Origin: Pseudomonadota bacterium
GTDB taxonomy: Bacteria; Pseudomonadota; Alphaproteobacteria; UBA11222
Length of the DNA: 37,285 bases
Direction: 5' to 3'
Assembly (NCBI GenBank): GCA_049323975.1
Contig: JBMOMY010000019.1
Location: 1 to 37,285 of the forward strand
The first letter of the stretch is position 1. Every line of letters begins with the position of its first letter. A model generated the notes under the pieces. That model was given only the letters and a program-made list of their open reading frames with translations, had not been told where the DNA came from and searched no databases. A program made the translations under genes and the position numbers. Shown here piece by piece: positions 17,240 through 26,163 of this stretch.

Positions 17240-18610
17240 ATGCCGGCAGTAAGCGCTTCCGCCCGGAAATATGATGAAGCCGAATTACGCAATCTCGCAG
17301 ATGACGTCATCGCGCGGGTGAGAAAGGCGGGGGCGGACGCCGCCGATCTGCTGGTGGTGTCGGGCTCGTCCCTGTCCGCCTCCTGCCGGATGGGAGAGAT
17401 CGAGGATATCGAACGTTCCGAGGGACAGGATCTCGGCCTGCGCGCCTTTATCGGCAAACGTCAGGCCATCGTTTCCTCCAGCGATCTGAACGGAGCCACC
17501 CTCGATCAGCTGATCGAGCGGGTGGTCGTCATGGCGAGACTGGCCCCCGAGGACGCCTATTGCGGCCTTGCGCCCGATGAAGTGCTGGCCCGGGAATATC
17601 CTGAACTGAATATTCACGATGCGACGGAGCCTGACATGCCCGCGCTGATTGATGCGGCGCGCCAGACGGAAAAGACGGCGCGTGCGGTCGAGGGCGTCAC
17701 CAATTCCGAAGGGGCGAGCGCCGGATGTAGCCACAGCCGGATCGTCCTGGCTGCGAGCAACGGCTTTTCAGGCAGTTACGCTTCTTCCTCTTTCAGTCTG
17801 TCCTGTTCTGTGCTGGCCGGGGAAGGCACGGCGATGCAGCGGGATTACGAATATTCCTCCGCACGGCATTACGCCGATCTATCGTCGCCGGAAGAGATTG
17901 GCCAGGTGGCGGCGCAGCGCGCGGTCAGCCGCCTTAACCCGCGCAAGATCAAAACCCAGCAGGCTCCCGTTATCTATGCCCCGCGCGTGTCGAACGGATT
18001 GCTGGGGCATCTCGCCGGGGCGATCTCCGGGGCGGCGGTTGCGCGCGGCGCGAGTTTTCTGAAAGACAGAATGGGCAAGGCGGTTTTCGCCAGCGGGGTC
18101 ACCGTGATCGACGATCCGCACCGTAAACGCGGCCTGCGTTCCAAACCTTTCGATGGGGAAGGGGCCGCCACCAGACCCTCACTGATCATCGAGGACGGCG
18201 TGCTGAAGACCTGGTTTCTCGACAGCGCATCGGCCCGGCAACTGGGTCTGCAAAGCACCGGCCATGCGTCGCGCGGGCCAGGCTCCACTCCGTCCCCTGC
18301 GCCCACCAACCTGTATATGCGCGCTGGCGTGATTTCCGCTGTGGACATGATAGCCAGCGTCAAGCGCGGGCTGTTCATCACCGAACTGATCGGTATGGGG
18401 GTCAATCCGTTGACCGGCGATTACAGCCGTGGCGCGGCTGGGTTCTGGATTGAAAATGGCGCCTTCGCCTATCCCGTCAGCGAAATCACCGTGGCGGGAA
18501 ATCTGCTGGACATGTTCATGCACATGACCCCGGCGGATGACCTTTCCTTCCGCTATGGCATGGACGCCCCAAGCCTGATGATCGAGGGAATGACGATTGC
18601 CGGTGAGTGA
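17240..18610 (+). CDS. pmbA: TldD/PmbA family metalloprotease PmbA (TldE)
   Basis: ATG 17240 behind AAGGAG. PmbA-like motifs include …LLVVSGSSLSASCRMGEIEDIERSE… and the C-terminal …GDYSRGAAGFWIENG…. Confidence 0.9.
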   Translation: MPAVSASARKYDEAELRNLADDVIARVRKAGADAADLLVVSGSSLSASCRMGEIEDIERSEGQDLGLRAFIGKRQAIVSSSDLNGATLDQLIERVVVMARLAPEDAYCGLAPDEVLAREYPELNIHDATEPDMPALIDAARQTEKTARAVEGVTNSEGASAGCSHSRIVLAASNGFSGSYASSSFSLSCSVLAGEGTAMQRDYEYSSARHYADLSSPEEIGQVAAQRAVSRLNPRKIKTQQAPVIYAPRVSNGLLGHLAGAISGAAVARGASFLKDRMGKAVFASGVTVIDDPHRKRGLRSKPFDGEGAATRPSLIIEDGVLKTWFLDSASARQLGLQSTGHASRGPGSTPSPAPTNLYMRAGVISAVDMIASVKRGLFITELIGMGVNPLTGDYSRGAAGFWIENGAFAYPVSEITVAGNLLDMFMHMTPADDLSFRYGMDAPSLMIEGMTIAGE

Positions 18611-19388
18611 ACCCTTTGCCTCCGAACACCGTCTCAGCATCAGCGCCGCGCGCGAAGCAGGCGAACTTGTGATGAAATATTTTGGCGGGGATTACGCCAG
18701 ATGGGACAAGGGCGGGAACAATCCGGTGACAGAGGCTGATCTGGCGGCTGACCGCCTGCTGCGTGACCGGCTCTCTTCGTTCGATCCGGAATATGGCTGG
18801 CTTTCTGAGGAAACAGAAGATGACAGCAGCAGGCGTTCCGCCCGCCGGTCCTGGGTTGTCGATCCGATCGACGGCACCCGCGCCTTCATTCGGGGCCAGC
18901 CCCATTTCGCCATCAGTATCGCTCTTGTAGAAGAGGCGCGGCCGGTTTGCGCGGTCGTGTTCAACCCTGCCACGAACGAATTGTTCGACGCCGTGGCGGA
19001 AGGTCCCGCGCGGCTTAACGGCGAGGTGATTACCGTTAGCGGTAAAAACGCGTTGCAGGATGCGCGGATACTGGCGTCGAAAGGAGTGTTCGAGCAGAAA
19101 CGCTGGAAATCGCCCTGGCCGGTAATGCATGTGGAAGCCCGCAATTCCATTGCGTATAAAGGCGGCCTCATCGCGGCGGGTATCTTCGATGGCTGTCTGC
19201 TGTTTTCGGGCGCTTATGACTGGGATCTGGCGGCGGCGGACCTGATTGTCCGCGCGGCCGGGGGCTGCATGACCGATCATTCAGGCCAGCGCCTGCGCTT
19301 CAATCAGCAGGCGCCGCGTCAGAAAAACATGGTCGCCGCGGGGCCGGAACTGCACGCCCTGCTGCTGGAGCGGCTGTCATGGGGGTGA
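18597..19388 (+). CDS. Inositol monophosphatase family protein (CysQ/SuhB-like phosphatase)
   Basis: IMPase motifs WVVDPIDGTRAF and WDLAAADLIV. The TTG start overlaps the pmbA stop; GTG 18603 is an alternative. Confidence 0.85.
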   Translation: MPVSEPFASEHRLSISAAREAGELVMKYFGGDYARWDKGGNNPVTEADLAADRLLRDRLSSFDPEYGWLSEETEDDSSRRSARRSWVVDPIDGTRAFIRGQPHFAISIALVEEARPVCAVVFNPATNELFDAVAEGPARLNGEVITVSGKNALQDARILASKGVFEQKRWKSPWPVMHVEARNSIAYKGGLIAAGIFDGCLLFSGAYDWDLAAADLIVRAAGGCMTDHSGQRLRFNQQAPRQKNMVAAGPELHALLLERLSWG

Positions 19389-21343
19389 GCGGCCATCTTG
19401 CGGGCGCGCCGAAGCTTTTTACGCGCTTCTCGCTCTGGCTCGTCAATCTGCCCCGGGCCGCCAAGCTTACGATTTGCGTGATATTTGACGCCGCGCCGGT
19501 GCTGGCGATCAGCCTGGCGGGGGTATATGGCTATGAATTGCTGTGCCAGTGCGTCATCCGGGAGACGGTCCGCTACGCCGCTGCCATGGCGCTGGGGCTC
19601 GTGACGCTTGGGGTGTTTGTCCTCACCGGCCTGTACAGACCCATGCTGCGTTATCGCGATCCGCTGATCATTTTTCCGGTTCTGGTTTCCACGGCCTCTG
19701 CGGCGGGGCTGATAGCGCTGGGGGCTTCCGTATTCAGTCAATTGCCCCATATTCTTCCCATGACCGGTCTGTTATGGCTGGGGCTGGTGGGGCTGATGCT
19801 GGTCTGGCGGCTCACCGGCGGGGCGGTGCTGAATTTGACGGCGCGGCAGGGCGCGCCGGAGGCTTCCCAGGTGGCGATCTACGGCGCCGGCCGCGCGGGC
19901 GTGGCGCTGGCCGAAGCCATGGCGAAGGACGATACGCTGAACGTCGTCTGTTTCGTCGATGATGACAGCCAGTTGCAGGGACGCACCGTGCAGGGAATCA
20001 AGGTGCGGCATGCGGGCGCCCTGCGCCGGCTGGCCGGGCAGGGGCGGCTCGATCTCGTGGTGCTCGCCCTGCCTTCGGCAAGCCCGGCGCGGCGTGCGGC
20101 GATCATCAATCAGCTAGCCGAACTGCAGGTGAAGGTGGAGACCGCCCCCAGTCTTGAGGAAATCATTTCCGGCTGGCGGCGGGTGAGTGATATCCGCGCC
20201 GTCAGTCCCGAAGAACTGCTATCGCGTGAGCCTGTCGCGCCTGATCTCGCCCTGCTGGAGCAGGAACTACGCGGCCGCGCGGTCATGGTGACGGGGGGTG
20301 GCGGCTCCATTGGCTCCGCAATCGCCAGGGCGGTGATCGCCCATGCGCCGTCCAGGCTGATCATATTTGAGATGTCGGAATTCGCGCTTTATTCCATAGA
20401 GCGCGAATTGCGGGAGCAGATCGCGGCGCGCGGCGGCAGAACGCAACTGATCTGCCTGCTGGGTTCGGTGCTGGACGATCCGGGTATAAAGCGCGCCCTG
20501 GCGGCGCACCGTCCTGAAATCATTTACCACGCCGCCGCATATAAGCATGTGCCGCTGGTGGAGTTGAACCCGATTGCGGGCGCAAGCAACAATATCACCG
20601 GCACCCTGAATGTGGCGCGTGCGGCAGAGGTATATGGCGCCAAGAAATTCGTGCTGATATCGACGGACAAGGCCGTGCGGCCCGCCAATGTGATGGGCGC
20701 GGCGAAACGGGTGGCGGAAAAAGTGGTGGAGGCGTTGGGTCAGAGCGGAACCAGAACCGCCTTCGCCATGGTGCGTTTTGGCAATGTGCTGGATTCGGCG
20801 GGATCGGCGGTTCCGCTTTTCCGGGAGCAGATCCGCAATGGCGGGCCGGTGACCGTAACCGACCCAAGGATGGTGCGCTATTTCATGACCATACCGGAGG
20901 CCGCAGATCTCGTCATTCAAGCGGGCGCCATGGCGCAGGGGGATGGCGACATTTTCCATCTCGACATGGGTGAGCCCGTCAATGTCGCCGATCTGGCCCG
21001 CAAACTGATCCATCTGTCGGGTTTTTCCGTGCGGGAGCCAGGCGTTCCGGGGGATATCGAGATCCAGTTCACCGGACTGCGCCCCGGTGAGAAACTTTTC
21101 GAGGAGCTGCTGGTGGATGGAAAGAGCGCACCCACCGTCCATCCCCGGATTTTCCGGGCGTCTTCTGTGGGCGCACGATGGGAAGCGCTCTCCCCCTATC
21201 TTGAACGGCTTGAGAGGATTTTCGCCAATCAGGATGTGGAAGGGTTGAGCGGCGTTCTGGGGGAACTGGTGGAATCCTATTGCGGGCAGCGCGCACCGCA
21301 GGCCGGGCCGAGCAGGCCGGGGCTCGTGGAGGAAAGCGCTTGA
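19379..21343 (+). CDS. Membrane-bound nucleotide-sugar 4,6-dehydratase (CapD/WbpM/PglF family polysaccharide biosynthesis protein)
   Basis: 654 aa. N-terminal TM segments, then a Rossmann motif VTGGGGSIGS and SDR catalytic YKHVP…STDKAV. This is the typical WbpM/PglF architecture. Confidence 0.9.
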   Translation: MGVSGHLAGAPKLFTRFSLWLVNLPRAAKLTICVIFDAAPVLAISLAGVYGYELLCQCVIRETVRYAAAMALGLVTLGVFVLTGLYRPMLRYRDPLIIFPVLVSTASAAGLIALGASVFSQLPHILPMTGLLWLGLVGLMLVWRLTGGAVLNLTARQGAPEASQVAIYGAGRAGVALAEAMAKDDTLNVVCFVDDDSQLQGRTVQGIKVRHAGALRRLAGQGRLDLVVLALPSASPARRAAIINQLAELQVKVETAPSLEEIISGWRRVSDIRAVSPEELLSREPVAPDLALLEQELRGRAVMVTGGGGSIGSAIARAVIAHAPSRLIIFEMSEFALYSIERELREQIAARGGRTQLICLLGSVLDDPGIKRALAAHRPEIIYHAAAYKHVPLVELNPIAGASNNITGTLNVARAAEVYGAKKFVLISTDKAVRPANVMGAAKRVAEKVVEALGQSGTRTAFAMVRFGNVLDSAGSAVPLFREQIRNGGPVTVTDPRMVRYFMTIPEAADLVIQAGAMAQGDGDIFHLDMGEPVNVADLARKLIHLSGFSVREPGVPGDIEIQFTGLRPGEKLFEELLVDGKSAPTVHPRIFRASSVGARWEALSPYLERLERIFANQDVEGLSGVLGELVESYCGQRAPQAGPSRPGLVEESA

Positions 21344-22437
21344 GCTTCCCTTTCGCCACAGGCGCCGCCCTCGGCCCCTTTGCGGCGCTGAGCCATTTTT
21401 TCTTTCTGCTGATGATTGCTGCATTTTCGGCCGCCCTGACCTGGGTCATGATCCGTCTGAATATTTCCGACGTGCCGAACGCGCGCTCTTCCCATGTGCG
21501 GCCAACGCCCAAAAGCGGCGGGGTTGCGATTGCGGCGGCGTTTTTCTCTGGCCTCGCCGTGTTATATCTGCATAGCGGCACGGCGCGGCTGCCATCCGGG
21601 CAATTCACCTGGTTTCTTGCAACCTCCGGGCTGATGTTCGGGGCGGCCTTCTGGGACGATCTCGCCGGGTTGCGCGCCGGGGTCAAATTCGCCACGCAGT
21701 TTGTCTGCGCCGCGCTGTTCAGTTTCTTCGTCGCCCATATCGATGTGCTTGCGTTTCCCCTGTTAGGGGAAGTGTCCCTGGGCGTCATTGGGCACGCCAT
21801 GACGGTTCTGTGGATCATCTTCTTCATGAATGCGTTCAATTTCATGGACGGCATTAACGGGCTGGCGGGGGGCGGAGCGCTGATCGCCACCGCCTTTCTC
21901 GGGGGGATCGCCTTTTTTGCCGGCGCGCATTTCGTCTATCTGGGCGCTCTGTGCCTGTTCGGGGCGGTGCTGGGCTTTTTTGTCTTCAATTTTCCCCATG
22001 GCCGCATCTTCATGGGGGATACAGGCAGCCAGATCATCGGTTTCGTGTTTTCAGGACTGGCGGTGATCGGCGCGCGGGCCGATATCGGCCAGGTGTCAGT
22101 CATGGTCGCGCCCGCGCTGTTCGCCTGCTTCCTGTTCGATGTGCTGGCGACGCTCTGTTACCGGCTGTGGCGCAGACAGCGGCTTTCCGAGGGGCACCGG
22201 GAGCATCTCTATCAGATCAGCAACCTGCTTGGCTTTTCGCACCAGAGGGTCAGTTATATTTATTTTGGCCTGCTGCTTCTGAATGGCGTCTTCGCGGCCG
22301 CGCTGCAGGCGGCGCAACCCTCGGCGCGCCTGCCTTTGCTGCTGGGCGGAATTCTGTTACACGCGCCCCTCGGCTTACTGGTTTATGGGGCTGGGCTTCG
22401 TCAGGGCGTCGTCCATTTCCCGTCGGACAAGGGATGA
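21340..22437 (+). CDS. Glycosyltransferase family 4 polyprenyl-phosphate HexNAc-1-phosphate transferase (WbpL/WecA/MraY superfamily)
   Basis: Polytopic membrane protein with NAFNFMDGINGLAGG and FMGDTGSQ motifs. The proposed TTG start at 21340 overlaps the upstream TGA (TTGA) and follows GGAGGA (21326-21331). The track start at 21280 is less likely. Confidence 0.85.
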   Translation: MSFPFATGAALGPFAALSHFFFLLMIAAFSAALTWVMIRLNISDVPNARSSHVRPTPKSGGVAIAAAFFSGLAVLYLHSGTARLPSGQFTWFLATSGLMFGAAFWDDLAGLRAGVKFATQFVCAALFSFFVAHIDVLAFPLLGEVSLGVIGHAMTVLWIIFFMNAFNFMDGINGLAGGGALIATAFLGGIAFFAGAHFVYLGALCLFGAVLGFFVFNFPHGRIFMGDTGSQIIGFVFSGLAVIGARADIGQVSVMVAPALFACFLFDVLATLCYRLWRRQRLSEGHREHLYQISNLLGFSHQRVSYIYFGLLLLNGVFAAALQAAQPSARLPLLLGGILLHAPLGLLVYGAGLRQGVVHFPSDKG

Positions 22438-22438
22438 G

Positions 22439-23302
22439 CTAACCGGCCCACTCGAAATCCAGGCCAAGATCCAGGCAGGTGCTGGAATGGGTCAGCGCCC
22501 CGCTGGAGATGAGATCGACGCCGGAAGCGGCGATATCCGCCACTGTGGCGAGGGTGACATTGCCGGAAGCCTCCAGAATGGCGCGCCCGGCGGTGATGCG
22601 AACGGCTTCGCGCAGCATGTCCGGCGCCATGTTGTCCAGCAGGATGATGTCAGGGGATTCCAGCAAAGCCTCCGCAAGCTGGTCCAGCGTGTCCACCTCC
22701 ACCTCGATTTTCACCATATGTCCGGCCCGCGCACGCGCCAGCGCGACGGCCTTGCGCACGCCGCCAGCCACCCCGATATGGTTGTCCTTGATCAGGATCG
22801 CGTCGTCCAGCCCGAAACGGTGATTGGCGCCGCCGCCCGCCCGCACCGCGTATTTCTGAAGGGCGCGCAGGCCGGGTATGGTCTTGCGCGTGCAGCAGAT
22901 CCGCGCTTTATGTCCCGTAATGGCCGTAACCATGCGCGCGGTTCCGCTGGCGACGCCCGAGAGATGTCCCAGAAAATTGAGCGCCGTGCGCTCCGCGGCC
23001 AGGGCGGCCCGGGCCGGACCCGTGATGCGTGCGATGACGCTGCCGGGTGAAACAGCGTCCCCGTCCTGCAGGAATTTTTCCACCTCCAGACGCGCGTCAA
23101 CGGTCCTGAAAACCGCTTCTGCGACGGGAAGCCCCGCCAGACAGCCCGGCTGACGGCTGCGCAGAGTGACGCTCACGGCCGCATTTTCCGGAATGATGGC
23201 GTCACTGGTCAGATCGCCTGCGCGTCCAAAATCCTCGGCCAGGGCCGTCTGCACCAGCGGCATATAGAGCAGGGGGGAGAGAAAGAGATTCTGTACGGTC
23301 AT
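22439..23302 (-). CDS. nadC: Nicotinate-nucleotide diphosphorylase (carboxylating) / quinolinate phosphoribosyltransferase
   Basis: 287 aa with …TRKTIPGLRALQKYAVRAGGGANHRFGLDDAILIKDNHI… and …LLDNM…, typical of NadC. Its start overlaps the nadB stop by 4 nt. Confidence 0.95.
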   Translation of the reverse strand: MTVQNLFLSPLLYMPLVQTALAEDFGRAGDLTSDAIIPENAAVSVTLRSRQPGCLAGLPVAEAVFRTVDARLEVEKFLQDGDAVSPGSVIARITGPARAALAAERTALNFLGHLSGVASGTARMVTAITGHKARICCTRKTIPGLRALQKYAVRAGGGANHRFGLDDAILIKDNHIGVAGGVRKAVALARARAGHMVKIEVEVDTLDQLAEALLESPDIILLDNMAPDMLREAVRITAGRAILEASGNVTLATVADIAASGVDLISSGALTHSSTCLDLGLDFEWAG

Positions 23303-24894
23303 GCAAAGCTGCGGGCCATGGGGAAATCCACCGCCTCCCTTTCAGGGCTGAAGAAGGAGCGTTTGCGCAGGGCCGGATTTTCTTCCGGATAATCTTCGCG
23401 GAAATGTCCGCCGCGGCTTTCGCGGCGCTGAAGGGCTGCTGCGCAGATCAGGCTCGCCGCGTGGATCATATTACCGATGCGGGCGTAACGGTTGCCGGTC
23501 TTGCGGTCCAGTTCCTCCAGTTCCGCCAAAGCCTCGCGCAATCCCGCTTCACTGCGGACAACGCCGGCATGCCGGGACATGATGTCCCGCAGTTGCACAA
23601 GCCATGCGGCGCTTTCCGGCCCGTCATGGGATCGCCAGCGGGGCGTGAACTCCGCGGCGGCGGGCAGGGAAGGAAATCCGCCCTTTTGATAAAGGCCCGC
23701 TATATCCGCCGCTGCCCTTGCGCCAAACACCATGCCTTCCAGCAGGGAATTGCTGGCCAGCCGGTTGGCGCCGTGCAGGCCCGTCGCCGCCACTTCGCCG
23801 CAGGCCCAAAGCCCGGGCAGACTGCTTCTGCCATTGCAGTCCGTGGCGATGCCGCCCATGTGATAATGTTCCGCGGGCGCGACGGGGATCAGATCCCGTG
23901 AAGGATCAATTCCCGCCGCCATCGCAAGGGCGTAAACGGTCGGGAAGCGTGCGGGAAACGCCTTGCCGATGGCGGCGCGGCAATCCAGATAGACCTTGTG
24001 GCCGTCGCGCAATTGCCGCCAGATGGCGCGGGCGGCGATGTCGCGCGGCGCCAGTTCTCCCGCGGCATGCACAGGAAGCATGAACCGCTCCCGCATCTCA
24101 TTGACCAGTACAGCGCCCTCGCCGCGCAGGGCTTCGGTCGCGAGGGGCGCGGGATTGCGTCCAATATCCATTGCGGTGGGATGAAACTGCACGAATTCGA
24201 GATCGGCCAGCCGCGCCCCGGCACTGGCCGCCATCGCCAGCCCTTCTCCCGCGCATTGCGGTGGATTGGTGGTGAGGGCGTATAGCGCCCCGATTCCCCC
24301 CGTGGCCAGCACCACGGCGCCTGCAGTCAGGACCAGCGGGGGCGCGTCAGGGGCGTCTGTTCTGCGAATGGAAAGGCCACAGACCCGGCCTCTGGAAACC
24401 AGTAATTCCTCGGCAGCGAAATTTTCGGCAAGGGTGATGGAAGGGCAATTGCGCACGGCCTCGATAAGGACGCGCATAAGGCCTGCGCCGGTGCCGTCAC
24501 CGTGAATATGCAGGATCCGGTTGACGGAATGCGCCGCCTCACGGCCCACGGCAAGCTCCCCCATAGGGGTCCGGTCAAACTCGGCGCCAAGGGCGATCAG
24601 TTCCTGAATACGCGGAAGCGCATCACGGGTCGCAAGGGCGACGATATCGGGATCTGCAATGCCTGCAGAGGCCAGGATCGTGTCTTCGCCGTGCTGGCGG
24701 GGGCTGTCGTCCTTGCCGATGGCCGCCGCAATTCCCCCTTGCGCCCAGAGGGTCGCCGCCCCCTCCCCAAGGGGTGTGTTCATCAGCAGGATGACAGGAT
24801 GGGGCGCCAGTTTCAGCGCCGCCGTCAGGCCGGCGACGCCGCCTCCCACGACCACGGCATGGGCGTCTTTAAAAGCAGTGTGATCCATGCGCAT
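23299..24894 (-). CDS. nadB: L-aspartate oxidase
   Basis: 531 aa. N-terminal FAD motif [13 protein letters not shown], …WAQGGIAAA…, and …HYHMGGI…[25 protein letters not shown]…. Confidence 0.95.
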   Translation of the reverse strand: [531 protein letters not shown]

Positions 24895-24906
24895 CGTTTT
24901 TTCAAT

Positions 24907-26022
24907 TCAGGCTGAAACCAGCTCGCGCGGCGCGCCAACGATTTCCGCCTTGCCGCCGGTGCCCACGCCGCCCTGCCACTGCGCGCCGGAAGAAGGCGTG
25001 CCCAGGGCCAGCATGCGTTCGATGGCCAGACGGGCGCGCGGCGCGATCTGGGGATCGATTTTCACCTCATGCTTCATTTCCCGAAGGGAGCGCAGAATCT
25101 TGGGCAGCGTGATTCTTTTCATATGCGGGCAAAGATTGCAGGGCCGGATGAATTTCACGTTCGGCAACTCAACCGCGACATTGTCGCTCATCGAACATTC
25201 GGTGATCATCACCACTTTGGCGGGCTGGGCCTTGTGCACATAGCCGATCATGCCTGCGGTCGATCCGGCGTAATCCGCCTCGTCCAGCACGTCTGGCGGG
25301 CATTCCGGATGGGCCAGCACGATCACCCCGGGATTGGCTTCGCGGTACTCGCGGATGTCTTTGGCGCTGAACTGTTCATGCACCATGCAGCGTCCGCGCC
25401 AGGTAAGGACTTTAACAGAGGTCTGGCGGGCGACATTCGCGGCCAGATAATGATCCGGCAGGAACAGCACTTTATCCGTACCCAGAGATTCCACGACCTG
25501 AAGCGCGTTGGAGGAGGTGCAGCAGATATCCGTCTCCGCCTTCACCTCAGCGCTGGTGTTCACATAAGTCACAACCGGAACGCCCGGAAAATGCTCTTTC
25601 AGCAGCCGCACATCCGCGCCCGTGATGGATTCCGAAAGCGAACAGCCTGCGGACATGTCGGGGATCAGGACGGTTTTATCCGGATTCATCAGCTTCGCGG
25701 TCTCGGCCATGAAATGCACGCTGGCCTGAACGATGATTTCCGCATCGGCCTTCGCCGCCTCCCGCGCCAGCGCCAGACTGTCGCCGCAGATGTCAGCCAC
25801 CCCATGGTAAATTTCCGGCGTCATATAATTGTGCGCCAGAATGATGGCGTTCTTTTCCCGCTTGAGTTGATTGATGGCGTGTATATACGGGGCGAAGAAC
25901 TGCCACTCGATTTCGGGAATGACGTCTTTCACCCGCGCATAAACATCTGCGGTGGCGCGTTCAACGCCTGAGGTGAATTCCAGCCCGTCGCGGGCGAGTT
26001 CGGCGGCGCTATTCATGATCAT
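24907..26022 (-). CDS. nadA: Quinolinate synthase
   Basis: 371 aa with …ILAHNYM…, …VHFMAETAK…, …CCTSSNA…, …MITECSM… and three conserved Cys regions for the 4Fe-4S cluster. Confidence 0.95.
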   Translation of the reverse strand: MIMNSAAELARDGLEFTSGVERATADVYARVKDVIPEIEWQFFAPYIHAINQLKREKNAIILAHNYMTPEIYHGVADICGDSLALAREAAKADAEIIVQASVHFMAETAKLMNPDKTVLIPDMSAGCSLSESITGADVRLLKEHFPGVPVVTYVNTSAEVKAETDICCTSSNALQVVESLGTDKVLFLPDHYLAANVARQTSVKVLTWRGRCMVHEQFSAKDIREYREANPGVIVLAHPECPPDVLDEADYAGSTAGMIGYVHKAQPAKVVMITECSMSDNVAVELPNVKFIRPCNLCPHMKRITLPKILRSLREMKHEVKIDPQIAPRARLAIERMLALGTPSSGAQWQGGVGTGGKAEIVGAPRELVSA

Positions 26023-26050
26023 TTCCTCTGGCTGCTGGGAGGCGTTATTA

Positions 26051-26071
26051 TTATACTCATTTAGAGCATAA
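26051..26071 (-). promoter_or_regulatory. Candidate NadQ operator 1 (21-bp imperfect palindrome) overlapping a perfect -10 TATAAT for nadA
   Basis: The + strand reads TTATACTC-ATTTA-GAGCATAA (arms TTATRCTC / GAGYATAA). On the - strand TATAAT (26050-26055) lies about 30 nt upstream of the nadA ATG. Confidence 0.6.
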
Positions 26072-26110
26072 ATTGGCTCTAAAAAAACACCGGCTCCTCT
26101 ACCGGCGCAT

Positions 26111-26131
26111 ATAGGCTATATGTGAGCATAA
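26111..26131 (-). promoter_or_regulatory. Candidate NadQ operator 2 (one consensus arm GAGCATAA, degenerate partner) overlapping a TTGACA-16-TATAGC promoter-like element
   Basis: The + strand reads ATAGGCTA-TATGT-GAGCATAA. The - strand TTGACA at 26137-26142 is followed by a 16-nt spacer and TATAGC. Confidence 0.4.
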
Positions 26132-26163
26132 AGCCCTGTCAACAAGATTATGACAGAAATATT

